Made by a program: the position numbers and the translations under genes
Notes under the pieces: model-generated
Told to the model about the DNA's origin: nothing
Seen by the model: the letters and a program-made list of their open reading frames with translations, nothing else
Databases searched by the model: none
Part shown: one piece after another, positions 23,093 through 32,422 of the stretch
How the letters are laid out: each line of letters starts with the position of its first letter
How positions within the stretch are numbered: the stretch's first letter is position 1
Assembly: GCA_964357525.1 (NCBI GenBank)
Contig: CAYHLH010000001.1
Location: 11,719 to 75,718, forward strand
Direction: 5' to 3'
Origin: an uncultured Candidatus Saccharibacteria bacterium
GTDB taxonomy: Bacteria > Patescibacteriota > Minisyncoccia > UBA6257 > GWB1-50-10
DNA length: 64,000 bases

Positions 23093-23164
23093 TAGCTCCA
23101 AGGGGAATTGAACCCCTGTTTACGCCGTGAGAGGGCGTCGTCCTAGCCACTAGACGATGGAGCC
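23093..23164 (-). tRNA. tRNA-Glu(CTC)
   Basis: GGCTCCATCGTCTAGTGG; ACGCC-CTCTCAC-GGCGT; GGTTCAATTCC. Confidence 0.93.
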
Positions 23165-23205
23165 ATATAATAATGCTTTTGAATAATAAATTGTTTTAGT
23201 GCGGG

Positions 23206-23278
23206 GTAAAAGGGAGATGCCTGCCCCGCACCGAGCTTCGCTCTGGTGCGCGGGTCCTAGCCGTTAGACGATGAGGCC
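23206..23278 (-). pseudogene. 5' half of a second tRNA-Glu, interrupted by a palindrome
   Basis: GGCCTCATCGTCTAACGGCTAGGAC + 35-nt insert + ATCTCCCTTTTAC. Confidence 0.7.
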
Positions 23279-23307
23279 AAACACCACCATTGTACCGAAA
23301 GCGGTGA

Positions 23308-23736
23308 TTAAATCAAAAAATACAGGACCGCGGAAACGGCGCCGAGCGCGAGATACGGAAGGGAGATATGAAGCAAAAGCGCGTTCCTGAAGGCGTGGCG
23401 GAGATTATGGTCCGGAAATTTGGGCGCCGCAGTCCCTTCCGGCAGCGTGCCGGTCTCGAAGATTTTCTGGAGCACGCTGGCAATCTCGTCCCGGCGCTTC
23501 TTATAATTCTGGCGGTAGGTTTTGTTGATCCCCTCAAAGAACCAAAAGACGGCTAGGAGAATGACGGAAACCGCGAGGATTTCTTTCGCGTTCGACTGGA
23601 ACGCCCACCCGATGCTCACGCTCCAGAGCGTCACCGCCCATGTCTTTATTGTCGTCGTGAACCCATCGTACTTGTCCATTTGGGACTGCATCATCCCAAG
23701 TTCGTCTTTCAGGATTTCAAATTGATTCGTTTCCAT
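23308..23736 (-). CDS. Hypothetical membrane protein
   Basis: About 3 TM segments; TATAAT just upstream of the ATG. Confidence 0.7.
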   Translation of the reverse strand: METNQFEILKDELGMMQSQMDKYDGFTTTIKTWAVTLWSVSIGWAFQSNAKEILAVSVILLAVFWFFEGINKTYRQNYKKRRDEIASVLQKIFETGTLPEGTAAPKFPDHNLRHAFRNALLLHISLPYLALGAVSAVLYFLI

Positions 23737-23765
23737 GGATTTATTATACCGCGCCCAATGCAATC

Positions 23766-25067
23766 TCAATCATACAGCCCCGGCTTTCGCAACCATTCGG
23801 GCTCCTGCCGCACGAGGACGTCTTCCGCCGACGCGAGGTCCAGAAGTATCGCCTTCACCACTCGCTCCATCCGCACGCCCTGGCTTCCCTTCACGAGGAC
23901 GAGGTCATCGCGCTGCATCTTCTGCCCCAATTGCATGCCGAGCTCGTGCACATTTGTGAACGAAAACACCTTCTTCGGGGACATCCCCGCGCGAAGAGCG
24001 GACTCCGCGATGATCTTCCCGCGTATGCCAAGGGTAAAGAGGAGGTCGGCGCTCTCCCGGGCGAGGCGCCCCGCGCGCTCGTGCGCCTCCAGGGTGTGGC
24101 TCCCAAGTTCCAGCATGTCCCCTAAAACGACGATCTTCCGCTTCGCGGGAACTGACTTCAAGACCGCGAGCGCCTCCTCCATTGAGAGAGGCGCGGCGTT
24201 GTAGGTGTCGTCGATGATGAGCGACTGCTTCACGCCCCTCAATATCCTTTTCCTGCCATTAGGCGGAGTGTATTCGCGGAACGCCGTGGCGGCCATAAGA
24301 AGGTTGATGTTGAAGAGTATCCCCGTCGCGACTGCGGCGGCGATGGCGTATGCGGACGATCTGCCGAACGCCCCCGATACCTTGAAAGGCACGGTGCTGC
24401 CGCCGTATGAAAGCTTGAAGCTGATGCCTACCGCCTCCGCGTCGATGAAGTGCTTGAAACCCAAGATGCGCATGTGCGCCCCCTCGGAAAACCCGTAGGT
24501 GATGGTGTGGGCGCGCGTCTCCCTCTGGGAGGAAAGCACGCGCTCGTCGTCGGCGGAGAGTATCGCGAATCCCGTAGCCGGGAGCGCCGCAATGAGCTTT
24601 GCTTTTTCCCTTACAACCCCCTCGACGCCCGCGAAGAACTCTATGTGCACGGGCGTTTCCCCCACCGCCGTGAATATGCCTATGTGCGGCCGCGCGATCT
24701 TCAAAAGCCCCTCCATGTCCCCCGGCCGGTCGATGCCGTACTCCAAGACCAGAACCTCCGGGTAGTCGCCGTTCTTCCGCACGAGCCCCAGAAATCCCTT
24801 AATGATGACGCCGAGCCAGAAAAACGCGCCTTTCGGGGCACCGAAGTCGCCGATGATGGAAAGCGGCAAGCCGAATTCATTGTTGAAATTCCTCGACGCG
24901 GCGCGCACCGAACGCTCCTTCTTGAGGAGCAGCGCCACGGTCTCCTTCGTCGAGGTCTTCCCTACGTTTCCAGTGATGCCGATGATAGCAGGTTCGTGCC
25001 TCAGGACGACGCGCCTGGCGATGAACTTCAGGAGTTTTTTCAGAATGGCGAGGCCGACGGATCTCAT
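23766..25067 (-). CDS. murF: UDP-MurNAc-tripeptide--D-Ala-D-Ala ligase
   Basis: GITGNVGKTSTK, NNEFGLP, DDTYNA, GDMLELG, LVKGS. Confidence 0.95.
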   Translation of the reverse strand: MRSVGLAILKKLLKFIARRVVLRHEPAIIGITGNVGKTSTKETVALLLKKERSVRAASRNFNNEFGLPLSIIGDFGAPKGAFFWLGVIIKGFLGLVRKNGDYPEVLVLEYGIDRPGDMEGLLKIARPHIGIFTAVGETPVHIEFFAGVEGVVREKAKLIAALPATGFAILSADDERVLSSQRETRAHTITYGFSEGAHMRILGFKHFIDAEAVGISFKLSYGGSTVPFKVSGAFGRSSAYAIAAAVATGILFNINLLMAATAFREYTPPNGRKRILRGVKQSLIIDDTYNAAPLSMEEALAVLKSVPAKRKIVVLGDMLELGSHTLEAHERAGRLARESADLLFTLGIRGKIIAESALRAGMSPKKVFSFTNVHELGMQLGQKMQRDDLVLVKGSQGVRMERVVKAILLDLASAEDVLVRQEPEWLRKPGLYD

Positions 25068-25072
25068 CGCTT

Positions 25073-26701
25073 CTATTGTACCCCCTGGTTGTCCGGGGGA
25101 ACATGGTAATACTGCAGGAGGAACTCGGTTAGCTTCTTGAATGTCGTGACGACGGTCTCGCCCGCCGCCTCCCCGTGCGCGGGGCGTTCCATCTTAACGA
25201 GCACCGTGAACCTTGGATTCGAGGCCGGCGCGTACCCGACGAACGTGTGTATCATCTCCTCGGAATATTTTCCCGTCGCGGGGTCGATTATGAAAGCGGT
25301 TCCCGTCTTTCCCGCCACCTTGTAGTTCGGTATCGCGGCGACCTTGTTCTTGACGACTGAGGAAACGAGTATGTCCGTGACGGTCTCCGCGGTCTCTTTT
25401 TTGAGGACCCGCCTAACCACTTCCGGCCTCATGTCCTTTTCGATGAAGGGCTTCATCAGGACCCCGCCGTTTCCGAGCGCCGAATATGCGGAGATGAGCC
25501 CCACGGGCGTCACGGAGATCCCCTGTCCGTACGCGGCGGTGGCGAAATCGATGGCGCGCACTTCCTTCCTCACTAGGTTCCGCAGGTTCCCGCGGATCTC
25601 GCCGGGAAGGCCTATGCCGGTTTCCTCACCCAATCCGAAGGAGGAAAGGTAGCGGTAAAAATCGTCGTGCCCCACGGCGCGCTCCGCGAAGATGGCGCCG
25701 GTGTTCACGGAATTCTGTATCACCTCGCGCATCGTGATGGTGCCGTACACCTTATTTTGGAAATTGCGCACGGTCTTCCCGTTCAGTGTGACGCTCCCCG
25801 TATCCGTATAGGTCGTTTCGGGAGAGAGCTTCCCCGTATCGAGGCCGGCGGAAAGCGTGAAGGGCTTGATGACGCTTCCGGGCTCGTAAATGAGTTGCAC
25901 GGCCGGATTCAAAAAGCTTCCGATGGGAAACGAGCCGTAGCGGTTCGGATCGAAATCCGGCTTCGACGTCATTGCGAGAATTGCGCCGGAGGTCGGCTCC
26001 TGCACGATGATGGTGCCCCCCGTGGCGCCGTATTTCTCGATGAGCTCCTCGAGGAGCCCCTCCGCGTGGTCCTGGACTCCGCGGTCTATGGTGAGACGGA
26101 CCGATTCGCCCTTCGCGAGGCGCTCATCATGAAACTGCTCCGCGCCGTAGAGCGCCGTCTGCGCGTCGTCCTTCATCCCCACAAATCCGATGACCTGGCT
26201 CGCGAGATGGTCGAACGCGTAGAACCTCCCCGGGGAATTCTCTATGCTCACCCCCTTGAGCTTCAGCGCCTGGACCGCCTTTACCTGTTCATCTGACGCG
26301 CGTGGAAGGAGGGGCAGATATTCGCTGCCGGATTCCGCCTTCGCCGCGATCTTCCCAGCGAGCTCGCGGGGATCCATGAGAACGACTGGAGCGAGAGATG
26401 CCGCGGCTGACACCGGGTCCCCGATCTCCTTCGGCGAAACAAAAATGAGGGGATATTCCCTCGTCATCGCGACCGATACGTCGTTCCCCGAGCGGTCCGT
26501 CATGAATATCTGCCCGCGCCGGCGGAGCCGTTCGTCGGCCGCCTCCGCTTCGGGCGACTTCCCGACCTCGCCCATGACGGGCCCGAGGAGGGAAGCGAGG
26601 AATCCCCGCTCGTTCACCTGTATGACGTAGAGCCGCGCGCCGACCGCCGCATACAGCGCGAAAAAGAGTATGAAAACGAATATCGCGCGGCCTTTCGACA
26701 T
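25073..26701 (-). CDS. Class B penicillin-binding protein (FtsI-like)
   Basis: EPGSVIK (SxxK), SVN, KTGTA; dcw cluster position. Confidence 0.93.
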   Translation of the reverse strand: MSKGRAIFVFILFFALYAAVGARLYVIQVNERGFLASLLGPVMGEVGKSPEAEAADERLRRRGQIFMTDRSGNDVSVAMTREYPLIFVSPKEIGDPVSAAASLAPVVLMDPRELAGKIAAKAESGSEYLPLLPRASDEQVKAVQALKLKGVSIENSPGRFYAFDHLASQVIGFVGMKDDAQTALYGAEQFHDERLAKGESVRLTIDRGVQDHAEGLLEELIEKYGATGGTIIVQEPTSGAILAMTSKPDFDPNRYGSFPIGSFLNPAVQLIYEPGSVIKPFTLSAGLDTGKLSPETTYTDTGSVTLNGKTVRNFQNKVYGTITMREVIQNSVNTGAIFAERAVGHDDFYRYLSSFGLGEETGIGLPGEIRGNLRNLVRKEVRAIDFATAAYGQGISVTPVGLISAYSALGNGGVLMKPFIEKDMRPEVVRRVLKKETAETVTDILVSSVVKNKVAAIPNYKVAGKTGTAFIIDPATGKYSEEMIHTFVGYAPASNPRFTVLVKMERPAHGEAAGETVVTTFKKLTEFLLQYYHVPPDNQGVQ

Positions 26702-26988
26702 CAGTGCGAGGTGAGATACCGCGGATTGCGCTCCAGCACGAGTCCCGACGCGAGGGCCGCTTCCTCAAGCCGGCGCGCGTCCGTCATCTCGTAGAGCTCG
26801 TTCTTGAGTTCCGCGTTCCTCACGTTCGCCGTTTCAATGGCTTTCCGGAGCGTTCGTTCCTCGGCGCGGAGAGACGCCACCGCGTTGTATTCGAAAACGA
26901 GGAGCGCCCCTCCCACAAGCGTCACGAGCGAAAGCGAGAGGAGAAATCTGAGGTTGTTCTTTTGGCTTGAAGGGTTGAAAATCGTCAT
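26701..26988 (-). CDS. FtsL-like cell division protein
   Basis: TM helix plus coiled coil, between rsmH and the PBP gene. Confidence 0.7.
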   Translation of the reverse strand: MTIFNPSSQKNNLRFLLSLSLVTLVGGALLVFEYNAVASLRAEERTLRKAIETANVRNAELKNELYEMTDARRLEEAALASGLVLERNPRYLTSH

Positions 26989-27878
26989 AAAATCTTTATT
27001 GCGCGCAGTTTTGCCGAACGTGCCCGCGGGTTCTGCGCCACTTCGCCGCGGCCGGCCTGGATGGGTTTTTTCGTAACGTGTTCCGCTCGACCTAATCGGA
27101 ACAGTTCCTTAAACCGGTTTTTAACCAACGCGTCCTCGAGCGCATGGAAGGAGATGACCGCTACCCTTCCTCCCGGCTCGATCCACTGGGGGAATTTTTC
27201 CAAAAACCTCTCGAGGCTTCCCAGCTCGTCGTTCACATAGATACGGATCGCCTGGAATGTCTTGGTTGCTCCGTGCAGTCCCCGCTCCTTTCTCTTGCCT
27301 TTGACGGAAAGAACTATGCCGGAGAGTTCCGCGGTCGTCCGTATCCTCTTGCGCTTCCGCTCCCGGACTATCCGCTCCGCGATCGCGCGCGCGCGGCGCT
27401 CTTCGCCGTAGCGCGCGAGTATGTTCTCGAGCGCGGGAACTCCGAAGCTGTTCACCACCTCCTCGGCAGAAACGCCCCCATCCTGGTCATAGCGCATGTC
27501 GAGACGGCCTTCGCGCATGAAGCTGAACCCCCTCCCCGCATCCTCGATGTGCAAGGATGAAAATCCGGCGTCGACGAGCATCCCGGAGGCCGTTTTGATG
27601 CCGGCATCCTTCATGGACAGATCCGCGTCCGCATAGTTCCCGTTCATAAGGAGCACTTTCGTCTTCGTGTCGCGCGCGAGCGCGTCCGCGATCTGGATTC
27701 CGGCGCGGACGAGCGAAGGGTCTCGGTCTATGCAGAGGAGCGTTCCTCCCGGCGATATCGCCTTCGCGATCTCCCTAGCGTGTCCGCCGGAGCCGAACGT
27801 GCCGTCAATGAAGGTCTCTCCTGGCAACGGAGACAGAACGCGTATGGTTTCGTGTAAAAGAACTGGGATGTGCGGCAT
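26985..27878 (-). CDS. rsmH: 16S rRNA m4C1402 methyltransferase
   Basis: HIPVLL, DGTFGSGGH, LDMRY, NPRARSAKLR. Confidence 0.97.
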   Translation of the reverse strand: MPHIPVLLHETIRVLSPLPGETFIDGTFGSGGHAREIAKAISPGGTLLCIDRDPSLVRAGIQIADALARDTKTKVLLMNGNYADADLSMKDAGIKTASGMLVDAGFSSLHIEDAGRGFSFMREGRLDMRYDQDGGVSAEEVVNSFGVPALENILARYGEERRARAIAERIVRERKRKRIRTTAELSGIVLSVKGKRKERGLHGATKTFQAIRIYVNDELGSLERFLEKFPQWIEPGGRVAVISFHALEDALVKNRFKELFRLGRAEHVTKKPIQAGRGEVAQNPRARSAKLRAIKIL

Positions 27879-27887
27879 GGGCGCGCG

Positions 27888-28322
27888 TCAGATGCCGAGA
27901 TCGCCGAGTTTCTCCGCGATCTCATCCGCCGCGCCTTCGGTCTTCGTTTTGTATGCGTTCCATTCTCCCGCATCCCAGACCTCGAGGCGCGTGCCGACGC
28001 CGATGATGACGGCGTTTTTCGAGAGCCCCGCGAATTTCCGCAAAGGTCCCGGGATCAATATCCTTCCCTGCACGTCGAATTCCACGTCCACCGCGCTGGA
28101 GAGGAGGTGTCTTGAGAATGCCCTCGATAACGACTTCCCTATCGGTAGTCCTGAGAGTTTCTCCTCGACGAATTTTTGCCACTCGCCCTCTCCGAGGACG
28201 AAAAGGCATCTGTCGAATCCCTTCGTGATGATGCCGCCGTGAATGAGCTTCTCGCGGAACTTCGCGGGAATGGCCACCCTGCCCTTAGGGTCAACGGTAT
28301 GTGTGTATTCGCCGAGAAACAT
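27888..28322 (-). CDS. mraZ: Transcriptional regulator MraZ
   Basis: MFLGEY..DPKGR, DVQGRILIP, LEVW. Confidence 0.97.
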   Translation of the reverse strand: MFLGEYTHTVDPKGRVAIPAKFREKLIHGGIITKGFDRCLFVLGEGEWQKFVEEKLSGLPIGKSLSRAFSRHLLSSAVDVEFDVQGRILIPGPLRKFAGLSKNAVIIGVGTRLEVWDAGEWNAYKTKTEGAADEIAEKLGDLGI

Positions 28323-28525
28323 GGCTCTGTGATCTGAACTCTGAGCGAACGACCATGAGCGAAATGAATTCAGTTATCACGGAGAGCACCCCGCACATAA
28401 CCGATATATTTCGCTCTTCCCACACACAACTCTCAAAACTTGTAAAAACCCCCTTTTGTCGATTGAGAGTGTTATGTGCGGGGTCCGCAGTTTCATAGAC
28501 TCGCTCTGCTCGTATGAAACTGGGA
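28323..28525 (-). repeat. Divergent three-hairpin element, copy 7, in the mraZ leader
   Basis: Central stem ACCCCGCACATAAC/GTTATGTGCGGGGTGC as in copy 4; last hairpin ends at the ATG. Confidence 0.65.
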
Positions 28526-28547
28526 GTTATCCCCAGAAGAGGGTACT

Positions 28548-28600
28548 TATCCACATATTTACCCACAATTCCCCACTTCGCCCTCATACTACACCACAAT
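28548..28600 (-). promoter_or_regulatory. Putative MraZ boxes (GTGG repeats)
   Basis: GTGGGGAATT-GTGGGTAAATAT-GTGGATAAG upstream of mraZ. Confidence 0.6.
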
Positions 28601-28731
28601 GCGGGAAATGAAAAAGCAAATTTCCGGAGGAGCCAAAAACGCTCTTTTTGCTGTAGAAAAATGGCGTGGTGCCGGAGTTATCAACAGAGCAAAATGCCAA
28701 GCGTCAAAAGATAACGTAGAATTGAGAAATC

Positions 28732-29445
28732 GTGACCTCGAAACATTCTCTTAAAGTACCCCGGCACCTCGCCGTCATTCCCGACGGGAACCGCAGGTGG
28801 AGCGCGATGATGGGCATTCCCCTTTCCGAGGGATACGCGAAGGGCGCGGAAAACTTCCTCGTCATTGCGGAGGCGTCGTTCGCGTCCGGCGTGAAATATT
28901 TCACGATCTGGGGCATGTCAGAGGATAATTTGAAAAAACGGAGCAAGACCGAGATTGCCATCCTCAGGTTCCTCTTTAAAAAGGAATTGCGGAAGCTCCT
29001 GGAATCGGAAAAACTCGTGAAGAACGGGATATCCATGCGCATAATCGGAAACGGGCTCCATATGCTCCGTGACAAGGAAGCGGCGGCGCTCGCGCGCGAG
29101 GTGGAGGAGATCTCTGGTCGGTTCACGAACCGCCGCATGACGCTCCTTTTCGGCTACGACGGGAAAGAGGACATGCTCTCCGCCATCAAGGGGCTTCACG
29201 GCGAAAAAAATCCGCATATCACGTACGAGGGCGTGAAGAAGCATTTGATGACCCCCGACCTTCCGCCTGTGGATTTCCTCATCCGAACGGGCGGCGAACC
29301 GCACTGGTCAGGCGGGTTCCTCATGTGGCTCACCGGCGACAGCGAGCTGTATTTCCCGGATATGTATTGGCCCGCGTTCCACCCGAAGGATTTGAAGGAT
29401 GCGTTCACCGAGTATTCGTCGCGCCGGTCCATGAAGGGAAGATGA
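28732..29445 (+). CDS. uppS: Undecaprenyl diphosphate synthase
   Basis: HLAVIPDGNRRW, DFLIRTGGE, WPAF. Confidence 0.95.
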   Translation: MTSKHSLKVPRHLAVIPDGNRRWSAMMGIPLSEGYAKGAENFLVIAEASFASGVKYFTIWGMSEDNLKKRSKTEIAILRFLFKKELRKLLESEKLVKNGISMRIIGNGLHMLRDKEAAALAREVEEISGRFTNRRMTLLFGYDGKEDMLSAIKGLHGEKNPHITYEGVKKHLMTPDLPPVDFLIRTGGEPHWSGGFLMWLTGDSELYFPDMYWPAFHPKDLKDAFTEYSSRRSMKGR

Positions 29446-29446
29446 T

Positions 29447-29779
29447 ATGACGCACGCGCACCATCACCTCCACAGGCGCAAACGCATCCACGTGCGCCAC
29501 GAGATATATCCACATCCGAATCCGTGGAAGCGGTTCCTCGACCGCTCCGTGCTCTTCGTGGGCGTCGCGGCCCCATTGATGACCTTCTCGCAGGTGTGGC
29601 TCATCTGGACGACAAAAAGCACCGAGAGCATTTCTCCCTCGACTTGGGGAATGTACTTCATCGCATCCATCGTGTGGCTCATCTACGGGCTCGCGCACCG
29701 CGAACTCCCCATCGTCATCTCCAACACGCTTTACGTCGTGGCCACCGCGCTCGTCCTCGTCGGCATCGCGATCTTTTGA
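29447..29779 (+). CDS. SemiSWEET/PQ-loop family transporter
   Basis: 3 TM helices; WLIYG...PIVISN. Confidence 0.8.
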   Translation: MTHAHHHLHRRKRIHVRHEIYPHPNPWKRFLDRSVLFVGVAAPLMTFSQVWLIWTTKSTESISPSTWGMYFIASIVWLIYGLAHRELPIVISNTLYVVATALVLVGIAIF

Positions 29780-29853
29780 AATAAAGATCAATCGCGTTTC
29801 CCTTCTTCCGCGATTTTCGGGTAGGCGCTGGGATAAAAGGAAATGCGCTCCGC

Positions 29854-30825
29854 CTACAGCACTTTCACCTGCGAGAGCAGGAAGTAGTGGTTGAAGACGA
29901 TGAGCGACCCCACGAGGAGGAGCATCATCGCGCCGTTCAGTATCAAACGCGGGTGCTGGACGCGTATCTTGATGAAAATCATCAAGGAGAACGCGAGCGC
30001 GATCATGGTGAGCATCATGGCATAGAGGTAGTTCACCATGCGGTGCGGGAGGGAAAAGAATTCCCGGAGGAATCCGAGCGATGCCGAGGCGGGAGGAACG
30101 GACACCCCCGCTGTTTTCGGGGACGCGGGTTGCGGCGGCACCTTTTTATCCGTTTTTTGGACCGTCTTCGCGGGCTCTGCCGTCCTCGGAGCTTCCCCTG
30201 CGGGAGCCGCGGGGGCGGTGAAAGCCGCCACCGGAACCGAAACGGCCGGCGCGGCGGGTCGGCCGAAGAATTGCACCACGAAGAGCGCTTCCCTCCCCTC
30301 GAAGACGCCGCGCGCGACGCCTATGCCGATCTCCGTGAAGCGGCCTGAAAGTATGTTCTCCTTATGGGATTCGGAGCGCATCCACGCACCAACGACGTCC
30401 TCCGATTCGGCGAAGTTCACCGCGAGGTTCTCCCCCGCGTTCGTGTAATCGTAGCCGACACGGTCGAGCCACGACCACGGCGCCTCGCCGCCGGGGCCCT
30501 GGTGCGAAAAATATCCCTCCTGCGCCATGTTCTCGGCTTTCAGCTGCGCCGCGCGGGCGAGGAGCTCGTTGCTCGCCAAGGTCGGCACCTGATATGTCTC
30601 CCTGTTCCGGTTCGTGAGATTCGCGACGACCGTCGGGAGAATGCTCGCCGAATAATTCGTCGCGGGAAGTATCCAGTAGATCTGGACGAGAAAGAGTATC
30701 TCCAGAAAGAGCGCGGCGGAGAACACCACGACCGCCGTTTCCCAATGGAAAAAGCGGGGCTTGAGGTCGTTCCCATCGTGCGGAATGAAATAGTTTTTGA
30801 AAAAATTCGCCATTTTCTTATGCAA
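29854..30825 (-). CDS. CAP (SCP) domain membrane protein
   Basis: YFSH, AGENLA, WMRSESHKENIL, EIGIG. Confidence 0.9.
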   Translation of the reverse strand: MHKKMANFFKNYFIPHDGNDLKPRFFHWETAVVVFSAALFLEILFLVQIYWILPATNYSASILPTVVANLTNRNRETYQVPTLASNELLARAAQLKAENMAQEGYFSHQGPGGEAPWSWLDRVGYDYTNAGENLAVNFAESEDVVGAWMRSESHKENILSGRFTEIGIGVARGVFEGREALFVVQFFGRPAAPAVSVPVAAFTAPAAPAGEAPRTAEPAKTVQKTDKKVPPQPASPKTAGVSVPPASASLGFLREFFSLPHRMVNYLYAMMLTMIALAFSLMIFIKIRVQHPRLILNGAMMLLLVGSLIVFNHYFLLSQVKVL

Positions 30826-30945
30826 AAATTATAGCATAAAACGCGTTAAAAATCAAATTACCTGAAAATAAAAACCGAGTGGTCGTGCTCGGTTTTTTTT
30901 GTAGGGTTTTCTCAAGGGTTTATTTTAAGCTCGGTGCACGCCGTT

Positions 30946-31215
30946 CTATGATGTCGCAAATTCTTTACAGTGTAAACTTTCAAGGTGGTACTTGTTTGTC
31001 TCATCCTCATACGGTGAGGTATGTGATGATAAAAACTTTTCGAACTCCGACTCATCCATGGCAAATATCATTTCTATCCATTCTTTCCACGTGGTAAGTT
31101 TGAATCTTGTGCCGTTATCGAAAATGTATTGCTTTGCGATCTCGAATTCATCCTTGGAAAATTTACAGTGTTTGCAGCTACTGACGTACATTTTTTTTCC
31201 ATTATGCATGTGCAT
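30946..31215 (-). CDS. AT-rich small orphan protein
   Basis: ORF with AAGGAGG upstream and a hairpin downstream. Confidence 0.45.
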   Translation of the reverse strand: MHMHNGKKMYVSSCKHCKFSKDEFEIAKQYIFDNGTRFKLTTWKEWIEMIFAMDESEFEKFLSSHTSPYEDETNKYHLESLHCKEFATS

Positions 31216-31286
31216 CGGTGACCCTCCTTTCCGTTATAAGATTTTAAAATTCTCACCTTCTTTCTACCCCGCCGGACGCGCGGCGT

Positions 31287-31332
31287 CAACCCGGTAGTAG
31301 AAACTCGATATCGAGTTTCTACTACCGGGTCA
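31287..31332. repeat. Perfect GTAG-containing palindrome
   Basis: ACCCGGTAGTAGAAACTCGATATCGAGTTTCTACTACCGGGT. Confidence 0.75.
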
Positions 31333-31825
31333 ATACCTAAAAAAAGGCCCTCGCGGTGAGGAAGGCCTTATTATTTATACGCATGAACCCAAAGGTTCTA
31401 TATGAATACAGGAGGAGAAAACAAAAAGCTACGACCAGCGTAACTTCGAACGGAACGGGCGTCAATCCCGTTAGAGAAACGGGTTTTGAGTCATGCTCAA
31501 GCGCCGGTTCATACCTTTCGGATAAGGTGTAAAAGAAAATATAAGCATAATGGAATTAAAAACCCGCATGACTATTCTCTAACGGGATCGACCCCCAAAC
31601 GAAAAGCCCACGACGGGGCGTATGAGCGCGAAAGAACCCCGATGAAAGATTCCCGACAAAGAATCAAGTGGGTTTCCGCAATTCAGTGGGTTAGAAAATC
31701 GGAGGTAGTACCAATTCTCTGTCCGACCGAAAGATGTAGGAATCCCTTTGAAAAATAATTTAGTTCGGAATCTTTTCTCCAGGGTTCTGTCTGTATTATA
31801 CCACTCGGGGTTTATGTCAAAAGAT

Positions 31826-31893
31826 TGACCCCCACACCAAATTATGTCTGTGCAAGGACCACCCCTAAAACCGGGTATTGGTGTGGGGGTTGA
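31826..31893. repeat. Inverted repeat ACCCCCACACCAA...TTGGTGTGGGGGT
   Basis: 13-bp arms directly after the ndk stop. Confidence 0.6.
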
Positions 31894-31896
31894 TAA

Positions 31897-32418
31897 TCAC
31901 TCCCCGTCCTTATAGTACATGCCGATGGTGTAGTGGGTGTAGTCCGGCTTGTGGCTCACGAGCTCCTCGGGTTTGAACCAGACCCCGATTTCCGTCTCGG
32001 CCTCCTCCCGGTTTCCGGAGGCGTGAATAAGGTTGAAAATGCCGAGCCCGCTCTCGTTCGCCGTTTCCATGGACACGTGGGTGTAGTCCCCTCTTATGGT
32101 GCCGGAGAGGGCGCTTTTCGGCTCCGTCACACCCACCATTTTCCGCGCCACCTCTATCATATCCACACCCTCGAGGACCATGGCGATAATCGGGCCGGAC
32201 ATGAGCATCTGAATCATCGCACGCCTCACATCCTCCCCCCTCCGGCGGGCGACGTCCTCGGTGTAATGCCGAGACGCGGTGTCCTCCTTCGAAACGAGGA
32301 GTTTCAGTCCTACGATCCTGGCGCCGACGCGCTCAAAGCGCGTGAGGATCTCCCCGGTGATTCCGCGCTGGAGCGAGTCGGGTTTGAGAAGGATGAGGGT
32401 TCTTTCCGGTTTTCTCAT
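31897..32418 (-). CDS. ndk: Nucleoside diphosphate kinase
   Basis: ERTLILLKPD, GTIRGD, NLIHAS. Confidence 0.95.
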   Translation of the reverse strand: MRKPERTLILLKPDSLQRGITGEILTRFERVGARIVGLKLLVSKEDTASRHYTEDVARRRGEDVRRAMIQMLMSGPIIAMVLEGVDMIEVARKMVGVTEPKSALSGTIRGDYTHVSMETANESGLGIFNLIHASGNREEAETEIGVWFKPEELVSHKPDYTHYTIGMYYKDGE

Positions 32419-32422
32419 ATTC

